Positions 28,199-42,498 of a stretch of DNA of 64,000 nt are shown here, piece after piece (position 1 is the stretch's first letter; every line of letters starts with the position of its first letter). Position numbers and translations under genes: made by a program. This stretch comes from Octopus sinensis (Eukaryota), in assembly GCF_006345805.1 (NCBI RefSeq), contig NC_042999.1:82212001-82276000 (forward strand), in the 5' to 3' direction. Below the pieces are notes generated by a model. It searched no databases. It had not been told where the DNA came from and worked only from the letters and a program-made list of their open reading frames with translations.

Positions 28199-28525
28199 TA
28201 CGACAAGAAAACTGCATATACGCATTAGGGAATACATGCAAGCAGACACTTCCATAAAGAAACACCAACGGAAATGCCAGAACCGGGAATTCATATTGCA
28301 CATCAAGGTAATACGGTGGAACAGGGGTAACTTTAGAATCTCTGAGGCCATCCTCATACACCAAAAGAAACTCAAGATTAACGACAGATGAGACTTGCAG
28401 GAAGCTAACTGATTACTATAGCAACACCTTTCCGCGCATTTACACTCCACACATGCTCACACACACGCACATCGGCAAAATTCGTCTACTTTTTTGAAAA
28501 TGGAGTCATAACCCCGACATATTCA
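28199..28525 (+). mobile_element. Inverted second copy of the same PLE 3' end
   Basis: TTRKLHIRIREYM...FRISEAILIHQKKLKINDR*; roughly 80% identical by eye to the minus-strand copy. Confidence 0.9.
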
Positions 28526-28700
28526 ATGCAAATGAAGTCTACGTTAATTCATATATTTGTTTTCTTGGGATTTATCTTGCATTGTTTTGACCTTACTCAC
28601 AATATATTCTACACAATGCTTCATGGTAATTATTCCATATATATATATATATATATAATTTGCGTTGTTAATTTGCAGTTTTACAGCTTAAAGGCAGAAA

Positions 28701-28864
28701 TATACACGTCACTAAAGTGACAAATGGCCCTCATTAGTACCAGTATAGCGAGAAATAAGACTCAAAATATCTCATCAGCACCAGTGGCTATTGAGTTGTT
28801 TTGACTCTTATTTCTAGCACTACTGGTGCTGATTAGGGCCCTTTGTCACTTTAGTAACGTACAT

Positions 28865-28865
<1 letters not shown>
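28701..28865. mobile_element. ~165-bp MITE
   Basis: ACGTCACTAAAGTGACAAATGGCCC...GAGAAATAAGACTCAAAA pairs with TTTTGACTCTTATTTCTAG...GGGCCCTTTGTCACTTTAGTAACGT; related to 7180-7225 and 36318-36946. Confidence 0.85.
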
Positions 28866-28944
<79 letters not shown>

Positions 28945-28953
28945 GTAGATAGG

Positions 28954-29022
<69 letters not shown>
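28866..29022. repeat. (GATA)n microsatellite
   Basis: Read directly. Confidence 0.95.
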
Positions 29023-29469
29023 TTATAAAACTATTGTAGGTGTCGCAATTTAAATTTAAATAATCTCACTATGTGAGAACCGAAACCTATAAACGCTACA
29101 TTCACGGGTTTATATATTTTTTACTTCACTGAAACGTAGTGAAGAGGTATTGGTACTGAGGTTTTAACAGAGATATTTGAATTAGAATCGTAGTAGGTGG
29201 TTATATTTATTATCATGTCTCTCATTTGACTCAACTCTTTTGTCAGTATGTAAATATAATAAAAACAATACATTCATCTCTATCTCAATATGTAATTAGC
29301 TTATATAAGCACTGGAAAATGTTTTCAAATGATTATATTTGTATCATGAATCACAGTAGACCAGATGCGTGTCTCAATATGCATATCCATGCATAAGAAT
29401 AAGTATATAACTACAATATGCATATCCGTGAATAATAATGGTTTCAAATAGCTGCCTTGATATGCATGC

Positions 29470-29613
29470 ATTATAATAATAACAACAATAGCAATACCAA
29501 CAACAATAATAACAATAATAATAATAGTAGTAGTGATGACAATAATAATAGTAATAATAGTGATCATGATGATGATGATAATGAAGATGAGAATTATAAT
29601 AATAATAATAATA

Positions 29614-29682
<69 letters not shown>

Positions 29683-29700
29683 ACAATAATAATAAGTATT
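29470..29700. repeat. (AAT)n/(GAT)n/(ATT)n compound microsatellite
   Basis: Read directly; the AAT run switches to ATT in the middle. Confidence 0.95.
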
Positions 29701-29744
29701 ATAAGTACATCCATGTATAAATAACAAGTATAATAAAGAAAAAG

Positions 29745-30794
29745 ACTCAGCCCCGGTGGAAGGGACATGTGTCCGACAGGTACCATTCGTTCCGTGGTAT
29801 CTTAACATTTTCTTTTTCCTTTAAGGTGAAGCCATGGCGCTGTGAACGATAGAGCATCGCGTGTTTGCCTACGACAGTTACTTGAAGAATAACGAGTTTC
29901 TCACAGCAGTTCAGCGTGAGTTTCGGCGCCAATTCAACATTTACCGAGATCAGGCTTTTTCCACCGGTAAAACACAACCTTATGTAGGATAAATGCACTT
30001 TCTACACGAGGTACACAAATGAATAGGAGATTGGTGGGGTGCAACAAAAGATACGGACCCCTGAAAATGTGGAACGCGTCAGACAATCTTTGATACGGTG
30101 TCCGAATCGCACTGATCGGAGGCATTCCACTGAACTTGGCTTCGGAAAGCGATCGATAAGGCGTATTTTTCATGATGATCACTCGTACAAATTGGTCATT
30201 GGGCAACAGTTGAAACCATGGGACTATGCACAGCGGCTTAATTTCGCACGTCAGATGGGGGTAATTTTTTAGGCAAATGACAACCTCATTTTGTTAATGA
30301 GTGGTGAAGTTCATCTTCATCTCAATAGCGTGATGAATCAACAGAACTGTCACTATTGGGCTCTTGAAAATCCTAGAGAATTGCACGAAAGACCACTGCA
30401 AGGCCTCTCTTCGATTACCGCCTCATTTCTAGGTTTCTTGATAATTTCTGGCCCCCTCGGTCCATGTCTGATTATTTCTTGTAGGCAAACCTCAAGGTAC
30501 GTGCGTATGCACAAAAGCCCCGTACATCGGACGACTTGAAGAAAGCTATTCGCGTGGAAGTCGCCCAAATCGACGACAGAGCTATGCTGGAGGGAATTGA
30601 GGCTAACTTCGAAGAAAGCCTTCAGAAATGCATCAATGAAAACGGACAGCACATGATGGGTATGGTTTTCAACACTTGGTTTTGAAAAATGCTAATTCAA
30701 TAAATACACATTGATGTCAATGAAATTTGTTTGCAGCTAAAATTAATGATTTTGTCAATTTTTCAAAGACGTCCTTCCTCACTGCCCCACCCTG
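29745..30794 (+). mobile_element. Tc1/mariner superfamily (Tc3-like) transposon, pseudogenised and internally deleted
   Basis: MAL*TIEHRVFAYDSY..AVQREFRR; RTPENVERVRQSLIRCP; LMSGEVHLHLNSVMNQQNCHYWALENPRELHERPL; WPPRS.SDYFL; KPRTSDDLKKAIR..CINENGQH. The right end reads CACCCTG|TA. Confidence 0.88.
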
Positions 30795-31433
30795 TATGAA
30801 GCGGTCAAAGATCATATTAACCAATGTGAGTATGTAAAAGTTACGATTCAATAAAGCAAATATGGTATACTATTGTTAGATGTTTCATTGTATCATTTAA
30901 TTTGTAATCTTTTGTTTGAATTGTATTTTACAAAACGGTTACTCAATATTTGACAACGAACCTTTTGCAGTATATAATGGAGGTGTAACACACTGCGTTA
31001 TATCTTTGTGTGTGTGTGTGCATACATCAAATATGTATATATTTGCGTTAGTTAATGGTGTACAAAATATTGTCGGCATGTTTCTAAGTGTAAAACGTGA
31101 TTCAACATATAATAAATAATGAAATAACTGCTACTTCATGTGTTGACGTATTGGAAGATACACAAGTAATTATAGAAACATCAGTGTGCATGCGTCTTAG
31201 AACATATAATTCAAGAAGGTTCATTTTTATATTTAATATTTATAAATCATATATACTCATACACACACACACATGTGATTATATAGGAATATAGACAGAC
31301 AAAGACATATTTTATATGTATGCATGAATAAATATAGCTTATATGCCTGTCCGATGAACGGCAACGGGAAACTCAGAGTGACAGGTTTTGTTGAATTTTC
31401 TGCTGCTTTAAATAAAGTATATATATATATATA

Positions 31434-31707
31434 TATCAAATCCCTTGTATATCTAAGGCTGAAAGAACAGAGGCCAGTATCTATTAGGGGTAGGGCTTAG
31501 GGAGCAGACAGACATCATAGTTGGTATTGTCATAAAAATCAAGATTTATTAGAAGCAATATCATGAGGCTTGGTACATGATATTGCTTCTAATAAATCTT
31601 GATTTTTATGACAATACCAACTATGATGTCTGTCTGCTCCCTAAGCCCTACCCCTAATAGATACTGGCCTCTGTTCTTTCAGCCTTAGATATACAAGGGA
31701 TTTGATA
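31434..31707. repeat. Perfect palindrome, 132-bp arms with 10-nt spacer (fold-back MITE candidate)
   Basis: 31434-31565 is the exact reverse complement of 31576-31707; spacer AGGCTTGGTA; terminal TA on both sides. Confidence 0.97.
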
Positions 31708-34496
31708 AACTCGTCTATAAATTAAAACTGACCCCATAAAAACAAAAAAATGTCATTGACAGATTCTGTAACAATGTATATCTACTTGAAAATTCAGTAA
31801 CTTCTAAACTGGAGTAAGACAGCATGTTCTTTGTCTATCTCCTTAACTTCTTGAAGATTTTAGGTATAATTATACTAATGTGTCCATCTGTTCTAATTTA
31901 ACTAAATTCTGTCTTTGTGCAGCTGAAGATCGCTTTGCATTTCAAATTGATGTAATGATTGCATTGTTCAATTAAATGGAGTTGCATGAAACGATCGCAT
32001 TGCATTACTTCTGGATATCCTTGTTGCTTATGTTGATATAGACATATATATATATATATAAATATAGATATATCCATACCTCGGTGTGTGTACGAAGGTC
32101 GTTGGTGGTGCTTGTGTGTGTCTGCTCTGCGTGTGTCGGGGGTACTTGTGTGTGTCTGCTCTGTATGTGTGTGCGCGCGCGTGTGCATGTGTGTGTGTGT
32201 GTTTTTAGTCATGTTTTGGTGTTTGAAAATGTGTCAACTTACAAAATAGCTTCACGGACGACGTGAAGAAAACTCGGTACATAGAAAAGAGTAAATATAT
32301 TGCGATCCTTAGCTTATCTCAGATTAATTTACACCCGCCAGAGTAGCGTTCTTGCTGTATATGATTCAATAGTGCAGTAGAATGTAATGATTTGTTTCAG
32401 CTTTCAGTATAGCTGGAACTTAGCTTTCAGCCGGTTAACCTCGGGCGTTGTGACGGTTTATATGCCATGTAAATTATTACCTGGTGCGTCATATCATAGT
32501 TATAGAGATAATATTTACGTTCACAACGACACACACTCTTGCATACAATCATTTAAAGAAATATTTATCGTTTTATTTCATACTTGGAGTACTTGCGAAA
32601 AGTGGTATAAACCGTTTTTCTGTTAATATACTTCTTAATGTAGATCTTAATACAGAACGTTAGCGTTTAAAACTGATTTGATTCTTATTTGATGGACATT
32701 AAGCATTCAATAGTAGATTCGTTGTTCGTGTAACGACTCTTAAAACGTCCCTCTCAATTACCCATGTATGATTTGATTAGTTCAATTCGTCGATAATGAA
32801 CAATCATATCATCCCGTTAAACTATGAATTGTAATTACAGAAGACTAAACTAATAACGCAGCTGCATCCTTCTCGTTAGTTGTCTCACCTGTCACCATTT
32901 GGTTGGTAACAGGTAACTTAATACTTTAATACTTGAACAGCAGATTATTGTGTACTGTGATATCTTTTAAATTAATTTGCTTATATTCTGTTGAAATTTA
33001 TCTTTAAAATAGAATATCATTGAAGACAGCTTAGTCAAGGATCTTGGAATAGTTAATTTTCTAGTTGTAAGTACATCAGATCTAATTCTTCACACTTTAT
33101 AGTATCTTCGCAACAAATTATTTCTTTGAATGTACTGTTCTCTAAGGCCCTATTTTTAAGAGTTAGCTATATATTGGAAATCATTTCAGTTAAACTGTTA
33201 ACAATGGACTCCAGTGCTCAACAGGTACTTAATATTATTATCGACATTCAAAAGGATGAAAGATGTCAACGTTGAGATAAAATTTGCCTTTCGTCCTTTC
33301 GGGATGGATAAAATAAATACCATTTGAGTACTGGGGTTGAGATAATTGACTTAGCTCTACCTTCAAAGTGCTGGCCTTGAGCCAAAGTAAGATAGAAAAA
33401 ATCTTCACTATAGCTCCGTCTTAGATGTCTTAGTCAAGCAGTTATAACTCGTTCTAAGAAAAGCCGAAATAGCATTAGCTTTCAGAGACCTCGTATTTAA
33501 TAATAGTATGACAGATCCACTACATGGTTGTTCACCACGCTAAATATGGCTGTAATGAGAACTTCAAATTGTTGAATAAATCCCCACCCCGAAAGAAGGG
33601 AAGGACAAGATGGATAATGTAGTCGTAAATCAATTACGTATATGAGAAAAGAAAGGCGATCATGGCAGATGTAACTTTTTGATTATTAACCTCATTAAAA
33701 ATATTGTTCAAGTCTTCTCTTTAGTATTCGCTCCTGACGAATTTCCAAGAAGGTATTAAGACAAATCAGCTTATCTAAAGTGTGAATACTCTGAGAAAAA
33801 TTATAACGGTTGATTAAGATTTATTACGTAAATGAAACCTAGTGAAATCACCATAATAGAAAAAGAAAAGCAAAAACAAAAAATGAAAAGTCAGTTAAGA
33901 AGCGAATAGAAATACAAAAATGTTACTATGAGAAAGAGGAAGTGGCGAGATGGAAAGAAAGAAAGAAAAAAGAAAACCGACAGGTAATGCTTCTTTTAAT
34001 TATACCTTAGTGCATCGTAAAATTTTTAACGTCAAACGAGAATATATTTATGATGGAAAAGAAATAAAAGTAACTAGGAAAAAAATTAAACGTATGACAC
34101 TGAGATTATTAGACTGAATCAGGACAGAATGAGTATGGAGACTTCGGAACAGAAAAAAAGGGTGTTTGTGAGGGCAGGATGTGAGACGCTAGAGAACTGC
34201 TGTATTTCTTAAGTGGAGTGAAAAGAGAGAGAGACAGAATGAGAAGAGTAGAAGTCAGAACAAATATAAGCAAGTAGGACTAAAAGGAAAATAAAGTGAT
34301 GGTAGAAATGTTGAGTAACACTAAATGATTGCTTACAAAAAGCAGGAAGAGGAAGAACTTATCAATAAAACGAAGACAACGTAGAATATCTAAAAACATC
34401 AGAAAATAACAGTAAAGTTAAAATGAAAATTTCTCAATAAATCAAAAGCTGATCCAGGAAAATTAAGTCGATGTTTCTCAATACAAAGCAGTCACA

Positions 34497-34695
34497 AAGG
34501 CAGTGAGCTGGAAGAATCGTTAGCTCACCAGACAAAATTCTTAACAGCATTCTGTCCCTTTTCAAGTTCTGAGTTCAAAGTTTGCCTTTCATCATTTCAG
34601 AGCTGATACAATAAGTACCATTTGAGTACTGGGATCGATGTAATCGACTTACTTCCCTTCCTCGAAATTACTGGCCTTGTGCCAAAATTTGAAAA
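34497..34695 (+). mobile_element. SINE family B, diverged
   Basis: AAGGCAGTGAGCTGG.AGAATCGTTAGC...TTTGCCTTTCATC...GGCCTTGTGCCAAAATTTGAAA; further fragments at 33205-33390. Confidence 0.8.
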
Positions 34696-36317
34696 CACTG
34701 TAAAATACTCGAAAAATGACATTGTGATACTATTAAATCAAAACACGCATGACAGATTACTAAATATTTATAGTGGTTTGTGACTTCCTTTGAACATCAT
34801 TGATTGATTAGAAAGGCTTTTAAACATAACTCCGTAGAATTACCAAATGAATTTAAGAATGTCTAGAAAATTAGAAAAGACCGAAGTTGTTCTAAGCAAT
34901 GGTAGTGAATTCAGCTTCAATTAAATCGGGTAAATTTTCTAATTTTAAATAGATACCTTCAAAAATCTCGAGACCAGCATTTTCATTTAATATGGCTAAC
35001 TTACAGGGAACGCCTGCTACAAGTGGTGCCCATCGTTGTAACATATTTGCCGCTTATATTTAAGAGAACAAACAAATAATGCCATTGCCGGGTCCTTCAG
35101 TTATTCGAAACCCTGTAAAAGAACTCGACAGGTTGGGCTTCCTTTCACGATACCCTAAAAGCCATCAGGTTTTCAGCACAGCCCCTCTTATGTATGTGTG
35201 TGTCTGTCTGTCTGTTTGAGTGCGCACGCGTGTGTGTGCCTCTGTGTGTGTGGGTGTGTGTGTGTGCGTGTGTTTGTGTCTGTGTGTGTGTGTGTGCGTG
35301 TGTGCGTGTGGCTATGCTAATATACATTACATGTTATTGGAATTTGTGTTAGTGAACATGATATTGAATAATGAATAGTTTTGGAAAAACATTGGCATGG
35401 TTGCAGTACATTTTGTGAGATATGAAAAATATTAGAAATTCCAAAGAGGCCACCAACTGCTGTACCTCCTCACTGTCCGTCTTTATTGCCAATGAATGAA
35501 TGTAAGTACGCATGCAGTGTTTTGCTAATGGATTATTTTTCTATCAAAGTTGATATTTCTATCAAAGTTATCATTTATAAACCTTCTTTCGATTTATATA
35601 ATATAAAGCAATAGTGTTTTGTTCGGCTTCTCGTTAATACAGGAATTCCATATATATTTTAAATGATTTATATTTAAAACTCTTCAGCTGTCATCAATAA
35701 TTTTCAAAAATTTCAGCAGACATGTTAATATATACTTTTAGTTATACTGTCAAAATAGTTTCTTTTAATTTCTATCTCGATAACAAATAATTATTTGAAT
35801 AAAAATTAATGCCATCGACTCCTGTTTAACACAACTTTAACGACTGTTATTAATCATAAGGTCTCGCAAGAATTTGTCACATTCTAAACCAGCTGAAGAA
35901 ATGAAAGCGTTGGAGGTTACCAGAAGGTATATGTTGACGCATATTCTCAATGCAAATATGTTGGCATTCATTGTTTTTGTATGTACATTTTATATGAATA
36001 TTGGTCATATTCTCAACTAAATTCTAATTAGTTTTTCACAAAACACAGTGAATAGATGCTACTATTAAAGAATTACAGGTGTAACTTTTAAGCTGCAAGT
36101 GTAATTTGTTTGCAAAACTCACATAATGTTACATGCACATAAATATATAAAAATTGGAATGTTTGAATATAAATTTATTTAGTTACGTCATATTAAACCT
36201 TTCGTTGTATAACGGATGTTGTTAATGAAATTCGTGTAACACAAAACAACTAAATACTTTATAAACAAAACCTACAGTTGGAAGTGAAAACTATAAATAA
36301 TACGAGTGTCTTATTAA

Positions 36318-36946
36318 CAATTTAACAACCAATTGGTAAATTTATAGACATCGCTAAAGTGAGTTGAGCTTAACCCTAGACGCGTTAAGAGCCACCAATG
36401 AGAATTAAGATGCTCTGAATAAAAATTTGAAATCACCGGTGATACGGTTATGCCTGCAACTGTAAAGAGCTTTGTCTCCTCTGTCAGTTTATTAAGATAT
36501 TACTCTTGCCACTAAGAGTTGGTTTGCCTCTTATTTCTAGCAATGACAGTAACACTTTGTACCCTCTGTCATTTTAGTGACGTCTATAAATTTGGTTGTT
36601 AAATTGCTAAAAAGCCACCCATATTATTTATAGTTTTCGCTTCTAACGTTTTGGAAATCAGCACGTTTCAATGGATTTTCTTATAAGATGATGACGATAG
36701 TTGAGCTTAACCCTAGACGCGGTAAGAGCCAACGATGAAAATTAAGAGGCTCTGCATCAAACTTCGAAATCATCACCAGTGGTATGGCTGTGTCTACGAC
36801 CGTAGGGAGCTTTGTCAGCTTATTAAGATGATGCTTTTGTGGCCAATGAGTTACCGATACGACTTTGTAACCTCTGTGACTTTAGTGACATCTATAAATT
36901 TGCCTTTAAGTTGATGAATTGGTAATAAGCCACCCATGTTATTTAT
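36318..36946. mobile_element. TIR element with a diverged partial tandem duplicate
   Basis: TATAGACATCGCTAAAGTGA (36343) pairs with TCATTTTAGTGACGTCTATA (36569-36588); 36363-36632 recurs at 36700-36946. Confidence 0.75.
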
Positions 36947-38963
36947 ATTAAGGCGCGCGCACACATACACACACACACACTATGATACTTCTAACGATGA
37001 TTGAAGTACAATGCATCAGATCGAAGCTTTCTGTTTCATTACATAAGAATGCACGTAGGCTTCTAATTACTGATTATATATATATATATGCGTGTGTGTG
37101 TGTGTGTGTGTGTGTCGTGCAATTTTAATTTTAATTTAACTATATATCTATAAAAACAAACAAAGAGAGCAAATCAAGGATGATTAGCGTGCTTGCAATA
37201 CAATGGCGACTACCTTTTCTGTTAGCAAAATTTTATATGTTAATAATCTCCGAGTAAAGATATAAAACCTTAATGATAACTTTCTTGTTTACCTATGGAA
37301 GTCTCTCATCTTATAAATCATACTTATGTGGTACATTACTCTATAATAATTGGTGTACTAATTTGTAATAAGCGCACAAATACAATGTTATTCTTATCCC
37401 CAGGAGAACGGTATTTTATGGATGGTTTCAGCGCAAATATTGACAGTGAATGTGATGTTCTGCCTTGAATTGCTTCTGCATCTTTCTGATCAAGCAACTA
37501 TTAGCCACGTTTGAATTAAACTAAAAAATGAAACGGTGGCTTTTTTCTTTTCAATCCAAGGTAATGAAATAATTTCCTCTAATGATTTTACAACAGTCTG
37601 TAAATTCAATTTTTATGTCCAAGTGTTGGAAAATTTCTTCATCTTTTAACCTTTTTCCGACTATTTTATCCCGTGTTATAGAACCTGAAAATGCAAGTGT
37701 TAATAGATCTAAGGATTCTTGCAATTAGAACTAAAAGATTCCCTTTTATACTACATTAAAATTACTTCTCATTAACAACCAATTCAGAATATTGTGCAAC
37801 ACGATTTCACTCCTGTAAATCAAATAATGGGAAAATAATTTAATTTCTCATTCTTTGCAAGAGCAGTTCAATGGTGCAGCTCCAATATATTAGGGACAAT
37901 TATGAAGTTTAGTTGAGATTAGATGGTTCAATTGATTGATTTGGATAACTTAAACAATCAGAGGTTTTCAATGAGCTAAAAGACGAAAATCAAAGTCGAC
38001 TTGTTATTTATGTATATATTTATTTATATGTACATATATGTGAGTATTTTTATCAACTATATGTATGTATATATAATTCACTTGTCACTAATTGTAACTG
38101 ACGGTGCAGAATAGCACCTACATTGCTAGAAATAAAAGTTTAAAATATTTTGGCCACAAGGAAGCACAGTTCCATACACCGATACGCGCTATAACTGCAC
38201 CACAGCGAGCGAGATCACTATAATAGTTTCGCTTAAAATTAAAGCCCATCAATAGTGACAACTCCATTGCTGGATGCTTTGGCTAAATCCCAATCGTTAG
38301 TATATAGTATTTACCATATGAATCAATGGGTAATGTTTGCATGTACAATATTTGCATGTATATCTTCAATTGATAACAAATATACAGTCAAATTCATATA
38401 GAATTTTCATTGGTGGAATTTCAAAAAAATTGTAATGTTAATTTTTGTTGAGGGCTATTTTGTGAAATATAGTTCCGTAGATAACGAATAGATTGTATAT
38501 ATGGTATATATGCTTAAGATGATCTCAAAGCATTTTAAAGCCTTTTTACCATATTGTTTTTTTGGACCTTGCAAAACACTCCAGATTCCAAAATTCTATA
38601 AGAACAACTGCCTTCCCGCTTCTGTACTTGGTTCTCTTTCTCCTTTAGAAAATTCTAGGCTGGAGCTTTAATATATATTCGAAACAAAACAGCCAACCAG
38701 AAATTGATGAATTTGGAAATATAACTGTGACAGCATTGTGTATTGTTGTTTTTTTTTAATACTATTTTGCTGGCTGAAGGACAAATACTCGGACAAAAAT
38801 CATGAATAGTGACTAAAATTACCAAAACTTTCCAAAGATATTTAAACACAGAGATGAATCGTTAATTATATTAATTATTTTTTTAAAAACTAATAATATG
38901 TAATCATGTATGTGTGGTGTGTCTATATGAACATGTACATATATAGATTTCTTTGAGTGTGTG

Positions 38964-39398
38964 TGCGACCCATATGACATCAGGACAGTATTCAAGAATA
39001 ATACAACACTTCGTGAATATCTCCTCCGAGTAAAACCATCAATAGAAAAGAATATGACCAACGACTGCGTGTACTGCATTCCATGCAGCTGTGGTAGGTT
39101 ATAGAAAGACGAAACATGCTGCCCCCTCAAAATAAGGGTAGACGAACTTCGCAAAGCTGCGACGCGAGGTGATATTGATGTATCGGGTATAGTTGATAAG
39201 GCAAAGAAAAATAGAGACCACCACTCCTTGTGGGATGAAGTTAAAATAATAGACAGAGAACACCACTGGAAAATAGGAAAACTAAAAGAAGCAGTACATA
39301 TACTAGGACCTAACAACCTCCTAAGCAGACCGAGTGCAGATTTGAGCAGCATATGGGAACCGGTATTAAGGAAGGATAGGAAAATATTAGATTTATAA
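38964..39398 (+). mobile_element. Penelope-like GIY-YIG endonuclease remnant (second PLE family)
   Basis: One frame reads IRTVFKNNTTLREYLLRVKP..CVYCIPCSCGRL*KDETCCPLKIRVDE...LWDEVKIIDREHHWKIGKLKEAVHI; one internal stop. Confidence 0.88.
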
Positions 39399-39424
39399 GC
39401 CCTAAAATTCACTCCATAATAGCC

Positions 39425-39505
39425 CACCGATATATGGCGTTGTGGTTAAGAGCGCGGGCTAATAACCCCAAGAATCCGAGTTCGATTCCAGGCAGTGACC
39501 TGAAA
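39425..39505 (+). mobile_element. Short tRNA-like retroposed element
   Basis: A-box-like TGGCGTTGTGGTTAAGAGC and B-box GAGTTCGATTCC, with no intact cloverleaf. Confidence 0.6.
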
Positions 39506-39562
39506 AATAGTAGGAACGCATGTGCATCTTCATACGTTGAATCATGATTTTGACACAAATAC

Positions 39563-39912
39563 TGCGGCCATGCTAGAGCACTGCTTGGAAGTGTTTTAGT
39601 CGAATGCTTCGACCCCAGGGCTTATATATTAAGCCAATTATTATTTTAACCGATCGATTCTTTTGTCGATCCGCTAAGTTACGGATACGTAAATACACCA
39701 ACAGCGGTTGTCGGGCGTTGATGGAGGACAAATACAAAGACACACATCTGTATATATATATATGACGGACTACTTTCAGTTTCCATTTACCAAATCCACT
39801 CACAAGATTTTGGTCGGCCCGAGTCTATAGTGGAAAACACTCGCCAAGCAGTGAGATTAAACCTGGAACAATGTGAATGGGAAGCACGCTTCTTGCCACA
39901 CAGCCACACCTG
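39563..39912 (-). mobile_element. SINE family A, near full length
   Basis: Colinear with 6691-7125. Confidence 0.88.
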
Positions 39913-40781
39913 TACTTGTGCATACAAGGACACAGATGTTAATATACAAATATGTGTGTACGCATGTATGTATGCACGTATGCATTTGTGTATGTATGTA
40001 TGTATTATGTATGTATACATGAAATATACCATGCTATCTATTAGATTGAGGAAAAGGTTTGTGTGCCGTGTTAAAATAATGCTTTTTTATAAATTTTTGT
40101 GGTGTGTGTGTTCATTCAGTTCATGTCATGTTCAGTGGTGACTCACTGAAAAATTTATTATGTAATGCATTCTAATTATATATCACTTAAATTAAGTCTT
40201 TATTACAGTATAGATTTATTCTAACTGTCACGTTACATTGTTTTCCTCGTGTTTCCAGAAGAAAACTGTAAAGTTTTAGTAACAAAAGTATTGAACTTAG
40301 GTTGGACGTTTCAGATACCAATGCACTGAAAATGAAACTCTCGTCAGTTTATAGAGCGTTTATAACATAACATGTAATTACCCTGCAGTTTAGATAGTTG
40401 TGATAATAATACTTGATTCTCAAGATATACTACTCCTTACAGAATCTTGAATGTTTTCTCTAGTTTTCAAAATGATTTTTTAACTCTAGGTTTATCGATA
40501 CTGCAAATGGTATATATTTTTGCATTGAATACACTAATTCCTTTTTTCTACAAAGGTGCATTGCAGAATGTTTTGGAATATATTGTCAATCCTGAATAAC
40601 CTACTGACAAATACTAGCAATCTACAGATTATATATAATCACATCAGTGATTCCACAAGACCTTGATTGCATTACAAATGATAAGACCCAACTAGGTTAA
40701 AATCACAATTATTCGTTAGCGCGGCCCATGCTTTCCATCCAGAAAGATTTAATAACAAAATTGTTTTAGTACCACACTTAT

Positions 40782-40826
<45 letters not shown>

Positions 40827-40854
40827 CATATATAATATATATAAATACGTAAAT

Positions 40855-40941
<87 letters not shown>

Positions 40942-42467
40942 TATATAGATTTATTTCGATTTTACAGCGAAACCACAATTTTGGTATGTCGCAGTATCAC
41001 TAGAGAACTAAACTCTTGTAATGAGGCTCAGATCGATATTTGTTTGTTGCAATTTGCAAGGTGATAACTATTATCCTTTACATTATTACATAGCAGAACC
41101 CCTTATTTTTGCAGCAATAATTTTTCGCTTACAACAGATTATTCACACGTACAAGAATTCCCACCACTTTCTGAATTCGAAGGGAAATTAATCAAAATAC
41201 TTGAAATTCAAAAGACATACTATTATTTCTACTTCTATGCTCGTATAATGTAGTAATGACTATAAAGCGTTTATTTCCTTTAAAATACGAAAACAAAAGT
41301 TTTCATCTTTTTTTTTTCTTTTATCGTCGTTTCCAAATGATTTACGTTCGGTATGTAATTGAACATAGCGTGTCTACTTTGATGTGCTTTTCACTCATTA
41401 TTACCAGGCCAACTAGTCTTAGAGAGCTACCTGGAAACCTATAATTTGTAACTATATTCATGTTGATTATAACAATCATAAATATTATATTAATCCACTA
41501 CGCCAACAATGAAATAGTAAAAAAAAAAATAATGGTATGAGCAAGAGAAATCTATGCGATAAACAGTGCGTGTTACGTTATTTCAATCTCTTCTGTAATC
41601 AATATATTTGATGATGCAATACATACATACACACATACATATACACATACCCACATACACATATGCGCTTACACGCACACATCCATACATATGCATGCGC
41701 ATGTATTTTATGGAATGTGTAGGCATTGTATATATTTATATATACGTGTATGTGCGTGTATATATGTATGTATGTGCTTATGTATTATCAAGTGGTATTA
41801 TAATAACGGTTGTATATTAGGAGTTACTTTATTGATTGAATATTTTCATTCCACGCTATCTAATCCGAATCACACAAGAATTATCGTATTTAATTCGTAA
41901 ACTAAGATTAGAAAACTGGGAAAATATCTTACAAACATAATTTTCATGCCGTGATCTTTCTATAGGACCCTGTCAATTTGATCCTTCAATCTGTACATTC
42001 CCAACAAAGCAATATCATTTTCGTTACAAATTGATGGGGTTTTTTTTATTGTTGGGTGTCGCAAAAATTTTGTCATTTATAAGATGCAATTCGTGAAATG
42101 AAAGTTTTATATTCCATTATGCTGATTTAAATTATAAGTCACGGCTTGAAATGGCGTCTTAATTCTTCAGGAACTTAAAGTTGGGAACATACTTGTTGGT
42201 TCATCCTACGCTTTCATATCTGATGGCTTCTGTATTCTCTTTTATTTTTGTTTATTTAAGATATTTTTTTTAAGTTTTCAACGTGGTTTTAGTGTATGAA
42301 TTATTATTCGTAGTCATATTATTTAATTTTTTTTTATTATTTTCATTTTAATTTATTTCCTTAAATTCTGAACATACTAAGTGTTTAATCATTTAGATTT
42401 CCTTTATGAAATTCAAATCATATTATCATGACATTTTCAAGTGATAATTATAAATTGGTATCAAAAG

Positions 42468-42498
<31 letters not shown>

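Noticed and set aside
27707-28450. 247-aa ORF as a single gene
   Set aside because: Its N-terminal third is the antisense of the inverted PLE copy; only the C-terminal part is real GIY-YIG sequence.
38819-39427. 202-aa minus-strand ORF
   Set aside because: It is the antisense of the plus-strand PLE endonuclease remnant.
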